Below the pieces are notes generated by a model that made no database searches, was not told the DNA's origin, and saw only the letters and a program-made list of their open reading frames with translations. The position numbers were made by a program, and so were the translations under genes. A DNA stretch of 64,000 nucleotides from positions 6,040 to 70,039 of IMG/VR virus record IMGVR_UViG_3300033146_001127. One strand, given 5' to 3'. Shown here piece after piece: positions 1-9,340 of the stretch. The first letter of the stretch is position 1. Every line of letters starts with the position of its first letter. The stretch comes from a virus.

Positions 1-192
1 TTTATCATACCAACCTTTTTGAGAAGCGATAAACATAATACGATGAAGTGCTTCTTCTTGTTCTGGATTAGATACAAGAATATCATAATATTTTTTTAGT
101 TTTTCTGATACTTCACGAGGATTATGATTATCTTCCCAAATCCAATCATCAGTTGTATGTGGTTCAAGTCCAAACCAATTCTTTTTACTCAT
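1..192 (-). CDS. hypothetical protein, runs off window edge
   Basis: ATG at 192 (MSKKELVWFGLEPH...) overlapping the end of the 185-391 ORF; frame open to position 1. Confidence 0.5.
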   Translation of the reverse strand, partial: MSKKNWFGLEPHTTDDWIWEDNHNPREVSEKLKKYYDILVSNPEQEEALHRIMFIASQKGWYDK

Positions 193-391
193 AATTTATT
201 CCCCTTTCCATGGCGATAATAGAATCAATCAATACATTTAGTTCAGTTGGAGAGTTACAAATAAGTTTAACAGTTTTATATTCACCATTTTTATCTGTTC
301 CACATACTTCTAACATGAATCCGTTGTCGTATATATTGACGTAGAAATTGTCACTGACAGTAATAAGTTTGTCGTTAATTGATGTAATCAT
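185..391 (-). CDS. hypothetical phage protein
   Basis: 68-aa ORF with AGGAG RBS upstream. Confidence 0.6.
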   Translation of the reverse strand: MITSINDKLITVSDNFYVNIYDNGFMLEVCGTDKNGEYKTVKLICNSPTELNVLIDSIIAMERGINYE

Positions 392-411
392 TTCATTTTA
401 ATCTCCTTTCA

Positions 412-912
412 TTATTTTGGGTTAACAGTTTTCTTAATTGCCCGAAGTTCTTTTTTCAATTCTTTTTCGTTATAAGGATTTGAAGCCAGAACCTTTTTAA
501 CCTCTTTCATATCTTTCAGTTTCAATTCAAAACGTTTGATGTTATGTGCGATATAAACATCAAAGTTATTTTTGGTTGCCCCATTTTCATAAATCTTAAC
601 AATTTTTTCATGATTATCAGCAATGAAACCATAGGAACGTAAAGGATACTTATCTTCAAAATGGTCAGCAACCACAGCATAATCCCACATTCTTTTACCG
701 ACATAAGAAATCAGGTCTTTATTGATAAAGTTATAATTCTTTTTGCCATAGAATTTAACATCAGGTTTTCCAACGCTAACTTCCGTTTTACAGATATTCA
801 CATAATGGTTATAAGGACGGGCATTTGACCAGAACCCATCAGACAACTGACCTTTCAATTCATTTTCGAAGATACTGGCTTGTTTATAATTTTCAAAAAC
901 AATATAACTCAT
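412..912 (-). CDS. hypothetical early protein (cassette-borne)
   Basis: Start reassigned to ATG 912 (MSYIVFENY), which follows the AGGAG of repeated leader copy 1. Confidence 0.7.
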   Translation of the reverse strand: MSYIVFENYKQASIFENELKGQLSDGFWSNARPYNHYVNICKTEVSVGKPDVKFYGKKNYNFINKDLISYVGKRMWDYAVVADHFEDKYPLRSYGFIADNHEKIVKIYENGATKNNFDVYIAHNIKRFELKLKDMKEVKKVLASNPYNEKELKKELRAIKKTVNPK

Positions 913-917
913 AATTA

Positions 918-985
918 TCTCCTGAAAAGAAAGGATTATCACCAACTCACAAACTAATTATACAGGAATGATAACACAAAGTCAA
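918..985 (-). promoter_or_regulatory. repeated early promoter/leader cassette, copy 1
   Basis: TTGACT-17-TATAAT, then TTTGTGAGTTGGTGATAATCCTTTC and AGGAG on the minus strand. Confidence 0.85.
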
Positions 986-988
986 TAA

Positions 989-1294
989 TTATATTTCAAA
1001 TAAATCATCGTCTAACATTTCTTTATAGACAGGTGTATCTAATAATTTAATTCCGCTACCATGAATGATATAATCTCTATCAAGAGAAGGAACATAGATA
1101 CCATAGAAAGGACCTGCACCGATACCATCATGAGGAACATAGTCTATGATGATACAATCTTCATCATTCAAATCATAATTACATGTAAACTCAGATTTGA
1201 ATCGTTTTAATCCCATTGAGTTAGCAAGTATATCATAAGAAGAATAGATACGACCACCATCAATAATCTTTGCCCATTTATTTTTGGTTGACAT
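989..1294 (-). CDS. hypothetical protein with C-terminal LDDDLFEI motif
   Basis: 101-aa ORF; C-terminus shared with ORF 5548-5874. Confidence 0.7.
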   Translation of the reverse strand: MSTKNKWAKIIDGGRIYSSYDILANSMGLKRFKSEFTCNYDLNDEDCIIIDYVPHDGIGAGPFYGIYVPSLDRDYIIHGSGIKLLDTPVYKEMLDDDLFEI

Positions 1295-1306
1295 TTTGAA
1301 ACCTTT

Positions 1307-2167
1307 CTATGAAAAGAAATAGTCAAATGAAAATGGAATCTCATTTTTCAGTCTTAATTTTGTAATATCAATATACTCAGATACTTTATCAAATCCAATA
1401 AAATTTCGTTTTAATTTTTTGGAGGCAACAGCAGTAGTTCCAGAACCCAAAAAATAATCAACTATTAAATCATTTTCATTTGATGAGGCAATAATACATT
1501 TTTCAACTAAATCTAATGGTTTTTGTGTTTGATGTTTTTGATATTTATTTTCTGGTGTTCTTTTTGTTTTTGCATAACTTCTTACTTCTTTTGAAGACCA
1601 AAAAGGTATAGTATGTTCTGTCCATAGATTACCTTGATGTGTTAATCTAACTTTTTTACCATCATCATTAATCCACCAATCTTTAGGATTACCATTTTCA
1701 TCTCTATATGGTGCAATAACTTCTTTTTCAATTTTAACATCATTTACATTAAATGTATAATTATTTGATTTAGTTACAAACCAAATATCTTCATGCATTG
1801 ATTTCCAATTGAAATTAGAACCTCTTCCTTTATCTCGTTTCCAAGTAATTCTATTCTGTATAATGAATCCAGATTTTTCTAATAATAATTGGAATACACC
1901 TGAATGTCTCCAATCAATACAAACATATGCAGAACCAGTTATTTTGAGTTGATGATACATTAATAACATCCATTGTTCAACCCAATTATAATAGTCTTCA
2001 TTATTTACCCATTGATTATCCCAACTTTTTCTATCATTCTTGTTATTTGAATTTCCACCTTTTCCAGTAATATAATATGGTGGATCAACAAAAAATAAAT
2101 CAACAGATTCTTTTTGGATGTATTCATTACTATTAAGACAATCATTATTAATCAAATTACATATCAT
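1307..2167 (-). CDS. DNA N6-adenine/N4-cytosine methyltransferase (beta class)
   Basis: Catalytic DPPY near the N-terminus, HxTQKP, and SAM-binding DYFLGSGTT near the C-terminus. Confidence 0.92.
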   Translation of the reverse strand: MICNLINNDCLNSNEYIQKESVDLFFVDPPYYITGKGGNSNNKNDRKSWDNQWVNNEDYYNWVEQWMLLMYHQLKITGSAYVCIDWRHSGVFQLLLEKSGFIIQNRITWKRDKGRGSNFNWKSMHEDIWFVTKSNNYTFNVNDVKIEKEVIAPYRDENGNPKDWWINDDGKKVRLTHQGNLWTEHTIPFWSSKEVRSYAKTKRTPENKYQKHQTQKPLDLVEKCIIASSNENDLIVDYFLGSGTTAVASKKLKRNFIGFDKVSEYIDITKLRLKNEIPFSFDYFFS

Positions 2168-2780
2168 TTGTTAATTCATCCAATTTTTGTTGATACTTAT
2201 TTTTAGTTTTAATATATTTTTCAATTTGTTTGTCCAAAAAGACGATATATTTTTTTAACATTGTAACATGAAACTTTTCTTTAGTTGCCGAAGTTTCATC
2301 TAAACTATTTTCATTATTAAGATTTTTTATTTGAAGTTGACCGTTACCTAAATTTCCAATACCTAAATATTGTTCATCTAAATCAAATAAATTAATAACC
2401 TTAATCTTAATATCTTCAACCATATTTTCAATAATACGATATTCACAAATGACATATATAAGATTTTCATTTTTTTCATCTAAAAGATTGAATAGTTTTT
2501 TCATGGAAATGAGATTCGGCATAGACATTTTTGCATCTTTATTGTGTGTCTTACAATCAACATATAAAGTTATTTCATTGTTTATATAGATGACACAATC
2601 ACCAGTTGCCTTTTTACCAACATCATCATTGAATGTATACTTTTCATCTTCACATAATTCTTTAATTTTTTGATTGAGTTTATATTCAATAAGATCTCCA
2701 ATACTTCTTTGTTGTGTTCCATTGGAAATTTCAAAGTTGGGGATTATAATTTTTTTAATTTCACTGATGATATTTTTCAT
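2157..2780 (-). CDS. putative PD-(D/E)xK restriction endonuclease
   Basis: GDLIE...ATGDCVI...VDCKT pattern; overlaps the methyltransferase start as in Type II R-M pairs; likely start ATG 2780. Confidence 0.55.
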   Translation of the reverse strand: MKNIISEIKKIIIPNFEISNGTQQRSIGDLIEYKLNQKIKELCEDEKYTFNDDVGKKATGDCVIYINNEITLYVDCKTHNKDAKMSMPNLISMKKLFNLLDEKNENLIYVICEYRIIENMVEDIKIKVINLFDLDEQYLGIGNLGNGQLQIKNLNNENSLDETSATKEKFHVTMLKKYIVFLDKQIEKYIKTKNKYQQKLDELTNDM

Positions 2781-2799
2781 ATTATATCTTTCTTTGACG

Positions 2800-2853
2800 A
2801 GGGTTATCACCAACCTACAATATAATAATACTATAATTATTAAATAATGTCAA
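2800..2853 (-). promoter_or_regulatory. repeated early promoter/leader cassette, copy 2 (diverged)
   Basis: TTGACA at 2848-2853 (minus strand) and GGGTTATCACCAAC core at 2801-2814. Confidence 0.75.
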
Positions 2854-2934
2854 GATAATTAACTTTATTATCTTCCAGCATTTTGTGAAATAGATATGCA
2901 ATTCTTTCATCTTGTTCGGACATTAAAACTTTTG

Positions 2935-3219
2935 TTATAATTCATCCTCATTAATAACTTCTTGATATACAGTGTTATATTTAATTTTAAGATTTTTTAA
3001 TTCTTCTCTTAATTTAATTTTATTAACTACATTATAATTTTCACTAGGCATTTTCATTTGTAATATTTCTATTTGTTCATGTAAATCAATTTCTCTTTTT
3101 GCCATAACACAATCACAGAAAGTATAATCATATCTTGTATATTCATCAAACTCATAATCTTTTAATGCTTCCTTACCACAATATACACAATGATCAAATA
3201 GTGTTTTTGTATTTCTCAT
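2935..3219 (-). CDS. hypothetical zinc-ribbon protein
   Basis: CxxC...CxC motifs. Confidence 0.6.
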   Translation of the reverse strand: MRNTKTLFDHCVYCGKEALKDYEFDEYTRYDYTFCDCVMAKREIDLHEQIEILQMKMPSENYNVVNKIKLREELKNLKIKYNTVYQEVINEDEL

Positions 3220-4293
3220 TTATTTTTCCTTTATAAAAATGAATATTGGTTCGTATTTATGTCCACCAACCCTAATTTTAGAAAGTGTTAATTTCCATGT
3301 ATCAACTAATCTAAAGCCTTGATGATTGATAACATCTACAGCATAATCTTCTAAGTCAGGAAAAGATTTTACATTTGCTATATTTAATGCTAAGAACTTA
3401 TCACATTTTAATGATGTATGACAATTCTTAATTGTTGGTTTTAGAAAATATTCAATCCAATCATTTTTAGTTTTATATTTTTGAAATGATTGATTACTAT
3501 CATATGAATATTTTTCAGTATCAAAATAAGGTGGTGAAGTAAAACAAAAATCAATAGTATTTGGTTCAAGATGGAAATCCTCAGAACCAATACGATGAAT
3601 GGTTGCATTGATATTAAAGTCTTTCACCATTTCAACAAGACCATTATATGTTGGTGTTGATGGGTCTGTTCCAATATATTTGATATTTGATATTGATGCG
3701 CCTAATAATCTTCCACCAAAACCAGAAGACATATCCCATACAACATCATCTGGATTACAGAAGTGTTGATATATTGCTGCTGCGGCTGTAGGTCTGAAAT
3801 TACTAACAGATTGAACACCAGAATATATCTTTAACATTTTTCTTATGCCATTATCAGATACATTATCACCAAATCTCAATCTCTTTTTTATTACTTTTCT
3901 GAATATCTCATCATCATTAAATGCTTGTAATGGAGTCATCATATTGTTACATTGAACATCCCATGAATGGGGCATATAAGACCAAGCAAGAGATAATCCA
4001 TGCATTGTTTGTTTGATTGTTTTTGTATTATAATCAAATATACGATTTATATCAAAAGATTTTAATTTATCATATTCTTTATGTCTAAATTGCATATCAG
4101 TAGGAAAATAAGGGAATCCATATTCTCTGTAATGATTAAAGATATCATCCACAAATAGATTCAATTCTCTTTCATTAAAATCTTCCCAATAAGTTTTACG
4201 ATATGAATTGCCTGTAGGACATTTATCATAAAATGATTGGTTACTATTAAATATTGTATTAAATAAATTATTCAAATATATCTTACCCACCAT
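3220..4293 (-). CDS. DNA methyltransferase (SPPY type, probably N4-cytosine)
   Basis: WDMSSGFGGRLLG SAM-binding motif followed by FTSPPYF catalytic motif. Confidence 0.88.
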   Translation of the reverse strand: MVGKIYLNNLFNTIFNSNQSFYDKCPTGNSYRKTYWEDFNERELNLFVDDIFNHYREYGFPYFPTDMQFRHKEYDKLKSFDINRIFDYNTKTIKQTMHGLSLAWSYMPHSWDVQCNNMMTPLQAFNDDEIFRKVIKKRLRFGDNVSDNGIRKMLKIYSGVQSVSNFRPTAAAAIYQHFCNPDDVVWDMSSGFGGRLLGASISNIKYIGTDPSTPTYNGLVEMVKDFNINATIHRIGSEDFHLEPNTIDFCFTSPPYFDTEKYSYDSNQSFQKYKTKNDWIEYFLKPTIKNCHTSLKCDKFLALNIANVKSFPDLEDYAVDVINHQGFRLVDTWKLTLSKIRVGGHKYEPIFIFIKEK

Positions 4294-4324
4294 AAAATTA
4301 AAATATGTAACTTAAACCATAAAA

Positions 4325-4382
4325 TGTATCGTATAATATACATTTACCCATAGACAACTGGAATTGTATATTATACGATACA
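4325..4382. repeat. perfect 18-bp inverted repeat with 22-nt spacer
   Basis: TGTATCGTATAATATACA (4325-4342) and its exact reverse complement (4365-4382). Confidence 0.9.
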
Positions 4383-4410
4383 ATATTTTAATGAATTGTT
4401 ATATTGTCAT

Positions 4411-4644
4411 TCATTTTGAACCACGACATGAACCAAAAAGAACAGAAATGGCAATGACGGCAATATAAGACCAAAATGTATGTGGAATATAAAGAGTTGA
4501 ACCTGCCATTTCAGCAAGAGTATTAAATCCCCACAATACAACCATTGGGGTAATACAAAACAATCCAATAATAAGTAGAATAAGTAAAATAATAAGACAA
4601 AAACCTAAAAATCCTTCACCAACACTTCTAAAATTAATATTCAT
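4411..4644 (-). CDS. small membrane protein
   Basis: Two hydrophobic segments; AGGAG RBS. Confidence 0.7.
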   Translation of the reverse strand: MNINFRSVGEGFLGFCLIILLILLIIGLFCITPMVVLWGFNTLAEMAGSTLYIPHTFWSYIAVIAISVLFGSCRGSK

Positions 4645-4662
4645 TTTATCTCCTATGTGTTA

Positions 4663-5022
4663 TCAATCAATGTAATCCCAAACATACAATTTTTTGATGC
4701 CATATTGGTTTGCCAAAACATCATATGCGGCACGAGCCATGGCAACCTTCAATCCATGTTCTTGACGACCACTATAAGTAGTATTCAATGGAACAGTGGC
4801 AGCACCAAATGGTTTATATTGTTTCAGATATTTTGCAAAACGAGTTCGCCCATCATCACAACGAACATGAGCATTTCCACATAAATCCAACATGGGTGAA
4901 TCTTCATAACCACGAACGACATATTTTGGTTTTGCATTTGCCATCCACTCATCACCAGCTTTTTGTGCTGCTTTAGAAGCCTCATCAATAGCGATTGCGA
5001 AGTTAATTTTTTTGACAGCCAT
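4663..5022 (-). CDS. hypothetical early protein (cassette-borne)
   Basis: 119 aa, preceded by leader copy 3. Confidence 0.75.
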   Translation of the reverse strand: MAVKKINFAIAIDEASKAAQKAGDEWMANAKPKYVVRGYEDSPMLDLCGNAHVRCDDGRTRFAKYLKQYKPFGAATVPLNTTYSGRQEHGLKVAMARAAYDVLANQYGIKKLYVWDYID

Positions 5023-5027
5023 AATTT

Positions 5028-5096
5028 TCTCCTAAAAGAAAAAGGGTTATTACCAACTTACATATTGATAATAACCCTTTTGAAGAATAATGTCAA
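5028..5096 (-). promoter_or_regulatory. repeated early promoter/leader cassette, copy 3
   Basis: TTGACA-17-TATTAT; internal inverted repeat AAAGGGTTATTA...TAATAACCCTTT; AGGAG. Confidence 0.85.
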
Positions 5097-5098
5097 GG

Positions 5099-5470
5099 TT
5101 ATTTTTCCATATCCTTGAAGTATCCAAATGGAAGATGATATTCCCAACACATATGGTCATAATCATACCAATCATCACCTTCAGCATCAACAAGATATTT
5201 GATGGCTTTATCACGGACACAAGAACACATTTCCATGATTTCACCAACCATCTTTTCAAACTTCTTAATAGCGGCTTTTTCAGCCTCTTTTTCCCTGTCA
5301 ATCTCAATCTCAAGTTCCTTATAAAGAAACTCAAGCTCCTCTTTCAGTTGTTCTACTGACATCTCATTGTAACGGAAATGTGGACGAACACCATAAACAT
5401 CCTTATGAACATCTGAGAGAGTGGTATGTAATTGTTCTTCTTCTGTCAACTCATCCCAAGATTTGAACAT
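5099..5470 (-). CDS. hypothetical acidic early protein (cassette-borne)
   Basis: SDxHKDVYGVRP motif typical of small T4-like phage proteins; preceded by leader copy 4. Confidence 0.75.
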   Translation of the reverse strand: MFKSWDELTEEEQLHTTLSDVHKDVYGVRPHFRYNEMSVEQLKEELEFLYKELEIEIDREKEAEKAAIKKFEKMVGEIMEMCSCVRDKAIKYLVDAEGDDWYDYDHMCWEYHLPFGYFKDMEK

Positions 5471-5475
5471 AATAA

Positions 5476-5544
5476 TCTCCTAAAAGAAAAAGGGTTGTCA
5501 CCAACTCACAAACCTATGATAACCCATATTTGAAATGAAGTCAA
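5476..5544 (-). promoter_or_regulatory. repeated early promoter/leader cassette, copy 4
   Basis: TTGACT-17-TATCAT plus conserved leader; near-identical to copy 5. Confidence 0.85.
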
Positions 5545-5547
5545 GAG

Positions 5548-5874
5548 TTATATTTCAAATAAATCATCTTCCAATTTTATATGATTAGGTGAATATTTTT
5601 CAACCATTTTTTCATGACCTTTTATTGCATCTTCTAATGTCGTATATCTATCCATATCAATATCTTCACCATCTATATCAAAAACCATTGTTTCAAATAG
5701 AATTGGTTTGTCATAAAGATAACCATATTCCATACCAAGAAAAACTGTTGAGATTAAATTATTTTTAACATAAGATTGTTTGAGGTTTCTATTTTTGTCA
5801 ATTGATTTTGCCCATTCATAAACATCAGTTGTTTTTGATATTTTACCATCTTCTAATTTATATAAATTATCCAT
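5548..5874 (-). CDS. hypothetical protein with C-terminal LEDDLFEI motif
   Basis: ISTVFLG...PILFETMVF motif of a common small phage protein family. Confidence 0.75.
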   Translation of the reverse strand: MDNLYKLEDGKISKTTDVYEWAKSIDKNRNLKQSYVKNNLISTVFLGMEYGYLYDKPILFETMVFDIDGEDIDMDRYTTLEDAIKGHEKMVEKYSPNHIKLEDDLFEI

Positions 5875-6425
5875 TATGGCATACTTCCATTTAACATTAA
5901 ATTTTTATTATGTTCTAACATTGATTTTTCATTATCAATTACATCTTTCAGATCATCCCATTCAATTGGCATAAAACCATGTGGGTCAACACCACAATCC
6001 AATGAACCAGTAACACCTTTGAGATTACCATGTGAATGACCAAACAAATGATATACACCATAATGAACTTGTGGCCAAACTAAATGTGCATAATGGGAAA
6101 TATAAACCAAATCATTTCCAATAGGAACTAAACTTGTTTCCTTGACATTATCAAATATTTTTATCAATTCTTTTTTGTGTCTATAATCATGATTACCGAG
6201 AATCAAATAATGTTTCTTTCCATTTAATCTATCCAACCACTTTTTAGGATTCCCACCAAAACAAAAATCACCTAAATGATAAACAACATCTTTATTAGTA
6301 ACCATTTTATTATGATTTTCAACCAATGTTTCATTCATTTCTTCAACAGATGAAAATGGTCTATTACAATACTTGATAATATTTTTATGGTCAAAATGTT
6401 GGTCACTAGTAAAAAATACACTCAT
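5874..6425 (-). CDS. calcineurin-like metallophosphoesterase
   Basis: SDQHFDH, HLGDF, GNHD and GHSH motifs. Confidence 0.9.
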   Translation of the reverse strand: MSVFFTSDQHFDHKNIIKYCNRPFSSVEEMNETLVENHNKMVTNKDVVYHLGDFCFGGNPKKWLDRLNGKKHYLILGNHDYRHKKELIKIFDNVKETSLVPIGNDLVYISHYAHLVWPQVHYGVYHLFGHSHGNLKGVTGSLDCGVDPHGFMPIEWDDLKDVIDNEKSMLEHNKNLMLNGSMP

Positions 6426-6433
6426 ATCAATTC

Positions 6434-7606
6434 CTATAAATGATATCGTTTGAAAGTATCAAAACCTGATACTAATTTATATTCAGGGTCAAAATATGTT
6501 CCATTAACAAATAATTCTTTTGCTGTATCGTATCCTGTAATTTTAATAGTATCTTCTGATTTTTTAATTTTTTCTGGATCAAAACTACCTAAGAAATTAA
6601 AAAATGATTTAATATTTTCAACATTATATTCTTTATCATTAGAAATTAATTCTTGATAGATGTTAAAGAATACATTAGCAAATACTCGTAAAATATATTG
6701 ATTTTCAATTTTATAATTACTAGGATTATTTTTGATATCACTATCACCCCAAACACTTTCAAGAAGTGCATCAAATGAATACTTAATGATTTTAACAATT
6801 TCATTGGATTGTTCATCAAAACTTTTTAGATAAAATTCATTATCTGATTTGTACATATCAGAAGTAATTCTATTATAAAAACTATCTAATGCTTTGCCAT
6901 ATGTAATAAGATATCTTGAATTAGTAGGAATACTATTTTCATAATTAATTTTTTTATACATAAAATTATTAATATCAATATTACATCTTTCCATAACAAT
7001 TTCAGTTACATATTTTTTCTTCTCATTCTTTTTCAAATCATCCCAATTCAATTCTCCAGAATAGATTTTATTTATTTTAAGTTTATCCTTATATGATTCT
7101 GCTTCTTTTTTATTAATACCTTTTTGTTTACTATTGACATCACTATATGTTTTAATTTCTTCATCAATAGGTAATTTATCATACATTTGAAATACTAAAT
7201 GATAATCATCAGTATTGAAGTTTTCATCACAAGTATTATATACATCAGCATAAGCTGCTACTCTATGTTGTCCATCAATAATTGTAATTGATCGAAGATC
7301 ATCAAGATCAATGTTACCATTTGGTTGATTTAAATCAATGTTTAATCCTTCACGGTAATTACAAAGAATTGACGGAAATACACCATTACATTTACCTGAT
7401 TTTATATCATTAGATAAGGCTAACTTTCGTGAATCACTTAGTGTTCTTTGATAATCAATACCTGTTGGGTTATCTGGATCATGAACGGGGATATGTATTC
7501 TTCCTGTTTCAGATAAAATATTTATTTGTTCCATATTAAGAACAAAAAGAACACATATATTTCCTTGATTTTGAGTTAATGCATAATTAAAATTTTGATT
7601 TGACAT
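6434..7606 (-). CDS. DGQHR-domain protein (DndB/ParB-like)
   Basis: YQRTL...IIDGQHR...DVNSKQK motifs. Confidence 0.8.
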   Translation of the reverse strand: MSNQNFNYALTQNQGNICVLFVLNMEQINILSETGRIHIPVHDPDNPTGIDYQRTLSDSRKLALSNDIKSGKCNGVFPSILCNYREGLNIDLNQPNGNIDLDDLRSITIIDGQHRVAAYADVYNTCDENFNTDDYHLVFQMYDKLPIDEEIKTYSDVNSKQKGINKKEAESYKDKLKINKIYSGELNWDDLKKNEKKKYVTEIVMERCNIDINNFMYKKINYENSIPTNSRYLITYGKALDSFYNRITSDMYKSDNEFYLKSFDEQSNEIVKIIKYSFDALLESVWGDSDIKNNPSNYKIENQYILRVFANVFFNIYQELISNDKEYNVENIKSFFNFLGSFDPEKIKKSEDTIKITGYDTAKELFVNGTYFDPEYKLVSGFDTFKRYHL

Positions 7607-7664
7607 AAATTATTCTCCTGATTTTTTATAGTTATATAATATCAGAAATAATTTATAATGTAAA

Positions 7665-8747
7665 CTATGAATTCAAAGTTTTTCCAATATATTCATGTGA
7701 GAAACAAACTCTATCTTTATGTTTCATTTTATATTTGTCTTCCTTTGTCTTCCTTGTGGTATCATAATCTTTTCTTGATATACCATTCTTTGATGTTGGT
7801 CGCCAATTAGAAGAATGATTTCTATAATATCCTACTCTTGGATGGGATGTTTTGGCAAATAATCTCCCACCTTCTTGTAAAACAATTTCACCAACACCTT
7901 CTGTTATTCTTGTTCCTATACCTAATCCTTGATAATCAGGTAAGACAACAGTTCTATGTAATCTCCATCCATTTTTTATTGAACCATTTGGAAATGAAAG
8001 TATTGAAACAAATCCAATTATTTCATCATTCCATTTGACTATCCAACTTTGTGAACTTTTATTGAATGTGTCGGAGAGATAGTGATGTTTGCTGAATAAA
8101 TGCCAAACCTCTTGCCCGTAACAGGGGATAAGTTGTATTTCAATTGTTGGTGGTTGAAGACACCCCCTTGCCAATGTATTTGTATCAACATTATAAACCC
8201 AATCAGGTTGTAAATATTCAACAATATCATAATGACAAGAACAAAATATAATATTCTTTAATCCTTGTTTATTGATATACTTTGATATACTTCTTGATGT
8301 AGATTTTGCCACATTTCTATCAACAACACTGGTAAACTCATCAATTAATGCATTGTTCATTAAGGATCTTGCCATATCAGCACGAAACTTTTGACCAGTT
8401 GATAATACATGATATGGTTTCATCCAATCAGGTATACTATTCAAACCAACTGCGGATAATTTATCAACAGCATCCTCATAATCCACAAAATGGGAACAGA
8501 TAGCTTTATCATGTTCCCATTCTGGAATATATTGTTTACCTATTTTGTTTAGTATTGTAGATTTACCTGAACCTGACGAACCTACAATAAGACCAATATT
8601 AAAATCTTTATCAAATTCAGGAAATTCAATATCATGAGTTATCACACCATTAAAATTAAAATCAAACATCTCAGAAACTTTATTTGTAATTTCATCTTGT
8701 TTAATTTCAGTTTTTAGATGTATACCACCAAAATCAATTATCCCCAT
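7665..8747 (-). CDS. ABC-type ATPase fused to GNAT acetyltransferase
   Basis: Walker A GSSGSGKS, signature LSTGQ, DEFTS Walker B, C-terminal VLPDYQGLGIG acetyl-CoA motif; exact start uncertain. Confidence 0.85.
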   Translation of the reverse strand: MGIIDFGGIHLKTEIKQDEITNKVSEMFDFNFNGVITHDIEFPEFDKDFNIGLIVGSSGSGKSTILNKIGKQYIPEWEHDKAICSHFVDYEDAVDKLSAVGLNSIPDWMKPYHVLSTGQKFRADMARSLMNNALIDEFTSVVDRNVAKSTSRSISKYINKQGLKNIIFCSCHYDIVEYLQPDWVYNVDTNTLARGCLQPPTIEIQLIPCYGQEVWHLFSKHHYLSDTFNKSSQSWIVKWNDEIIGFVSILSFPNGSIKNGWRLHRTVVLPDYQGLGIGTRITEGVGEIVLQEGGRLFAKTSHPRVGYYRNHSSNWRPTSKNGISRKDYDTTRKTKEDKYKMKHKDRVCFSHEYIGKTLNS

Positions 8748-8970
8748 TCTTCCTATCTTCAATCCTTTTTTTAGTTGCATATATAGATGATTCTGTTATT
8801 AACGTATAATCTGCTGATGTAATCATAGCATACATAATATCAGAACGAGAGTAACCTTCATGAAAGAGTTTTTTAAGTTCGTCATCTAAAATTGATTTAA
8901 ATTTATCCATCAAATAACTTCCGTTATCATTCATTGCAGTATATTCATTATAACAATTTTTATTTTTCAT
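8734..8970 (-). CDS. hypothetical protein
   Basis: 78-aa ORF in operon context. Confidence 0.55.
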   Translation of the reverse strand: MKNKNCYNEYTAMNDNGSYLMDKFKSILDDELKKLFHEGYSRSDIMYAMITSADYTLITESSIYATKKRIEDRKNGDN

Positions 8971-8985
8971 AATCTTTCCCCGCTG

Positions 8986-9195
8986 TTAATATTCACCTAC
9001 AAAATTTATACGATATTTTGGTAATAAGGCATTATCCCATTTTCTAGGTGGATTAAAAAATATACCACTTTTTGTTATGTTATTGGTATATCCCTTTTCT
9101 GTTACATTACCATCATCATCAATCATAATATGATGTTGAATTGAATCAAAATAATGATATTTGACCTTTAGGATTGCGATATAATTCTTTGCCAT
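8986..9195 (-). CDS. hypothetical protein
   Basis: 69-aa ORF with AAAGG RBS. Confidence 0.55.
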   Translation of the reverse strand: MAKNYIAILKVKYHYFDSIQHHIMIDDDGNVTEKGYTNNITKSGIFFNPPRKWDNALLPKYRINFVGEY

Positions 9196-9216
9196 AATAT
9201 CATACCTTTCGTTTAA

Positions 9217-9292
9217 TGGTGGACCCCCTCGGACTCGAACCGAGATAAGACAAGTTATGAGCTTGCGGCTCTGCCAATTGAGCTAAAGGTCC
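9217..9292 (-). tRNA. tRNA with CAT anticodon, most likely tRNA-Ile2 (lysidine-modified)
   Basis: GGACCTTTAGCTCAATTGGCAGAGC-CGCAAG-CTCATAA-CTTGT...GGTTCGAGTCC-GAGGGGGTCC-A-CCA; full cloverleaf with encoded CCA; acceptor stem resembles bacterial Ile2; TTGACA-17-TAATAT promoter just upstream. Confidence 0.9.
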
Positions 9293-9340
9293 AATTGATT
9301 ATGTATGTATATTACATTAACAATAATACAATGTCAAGAA

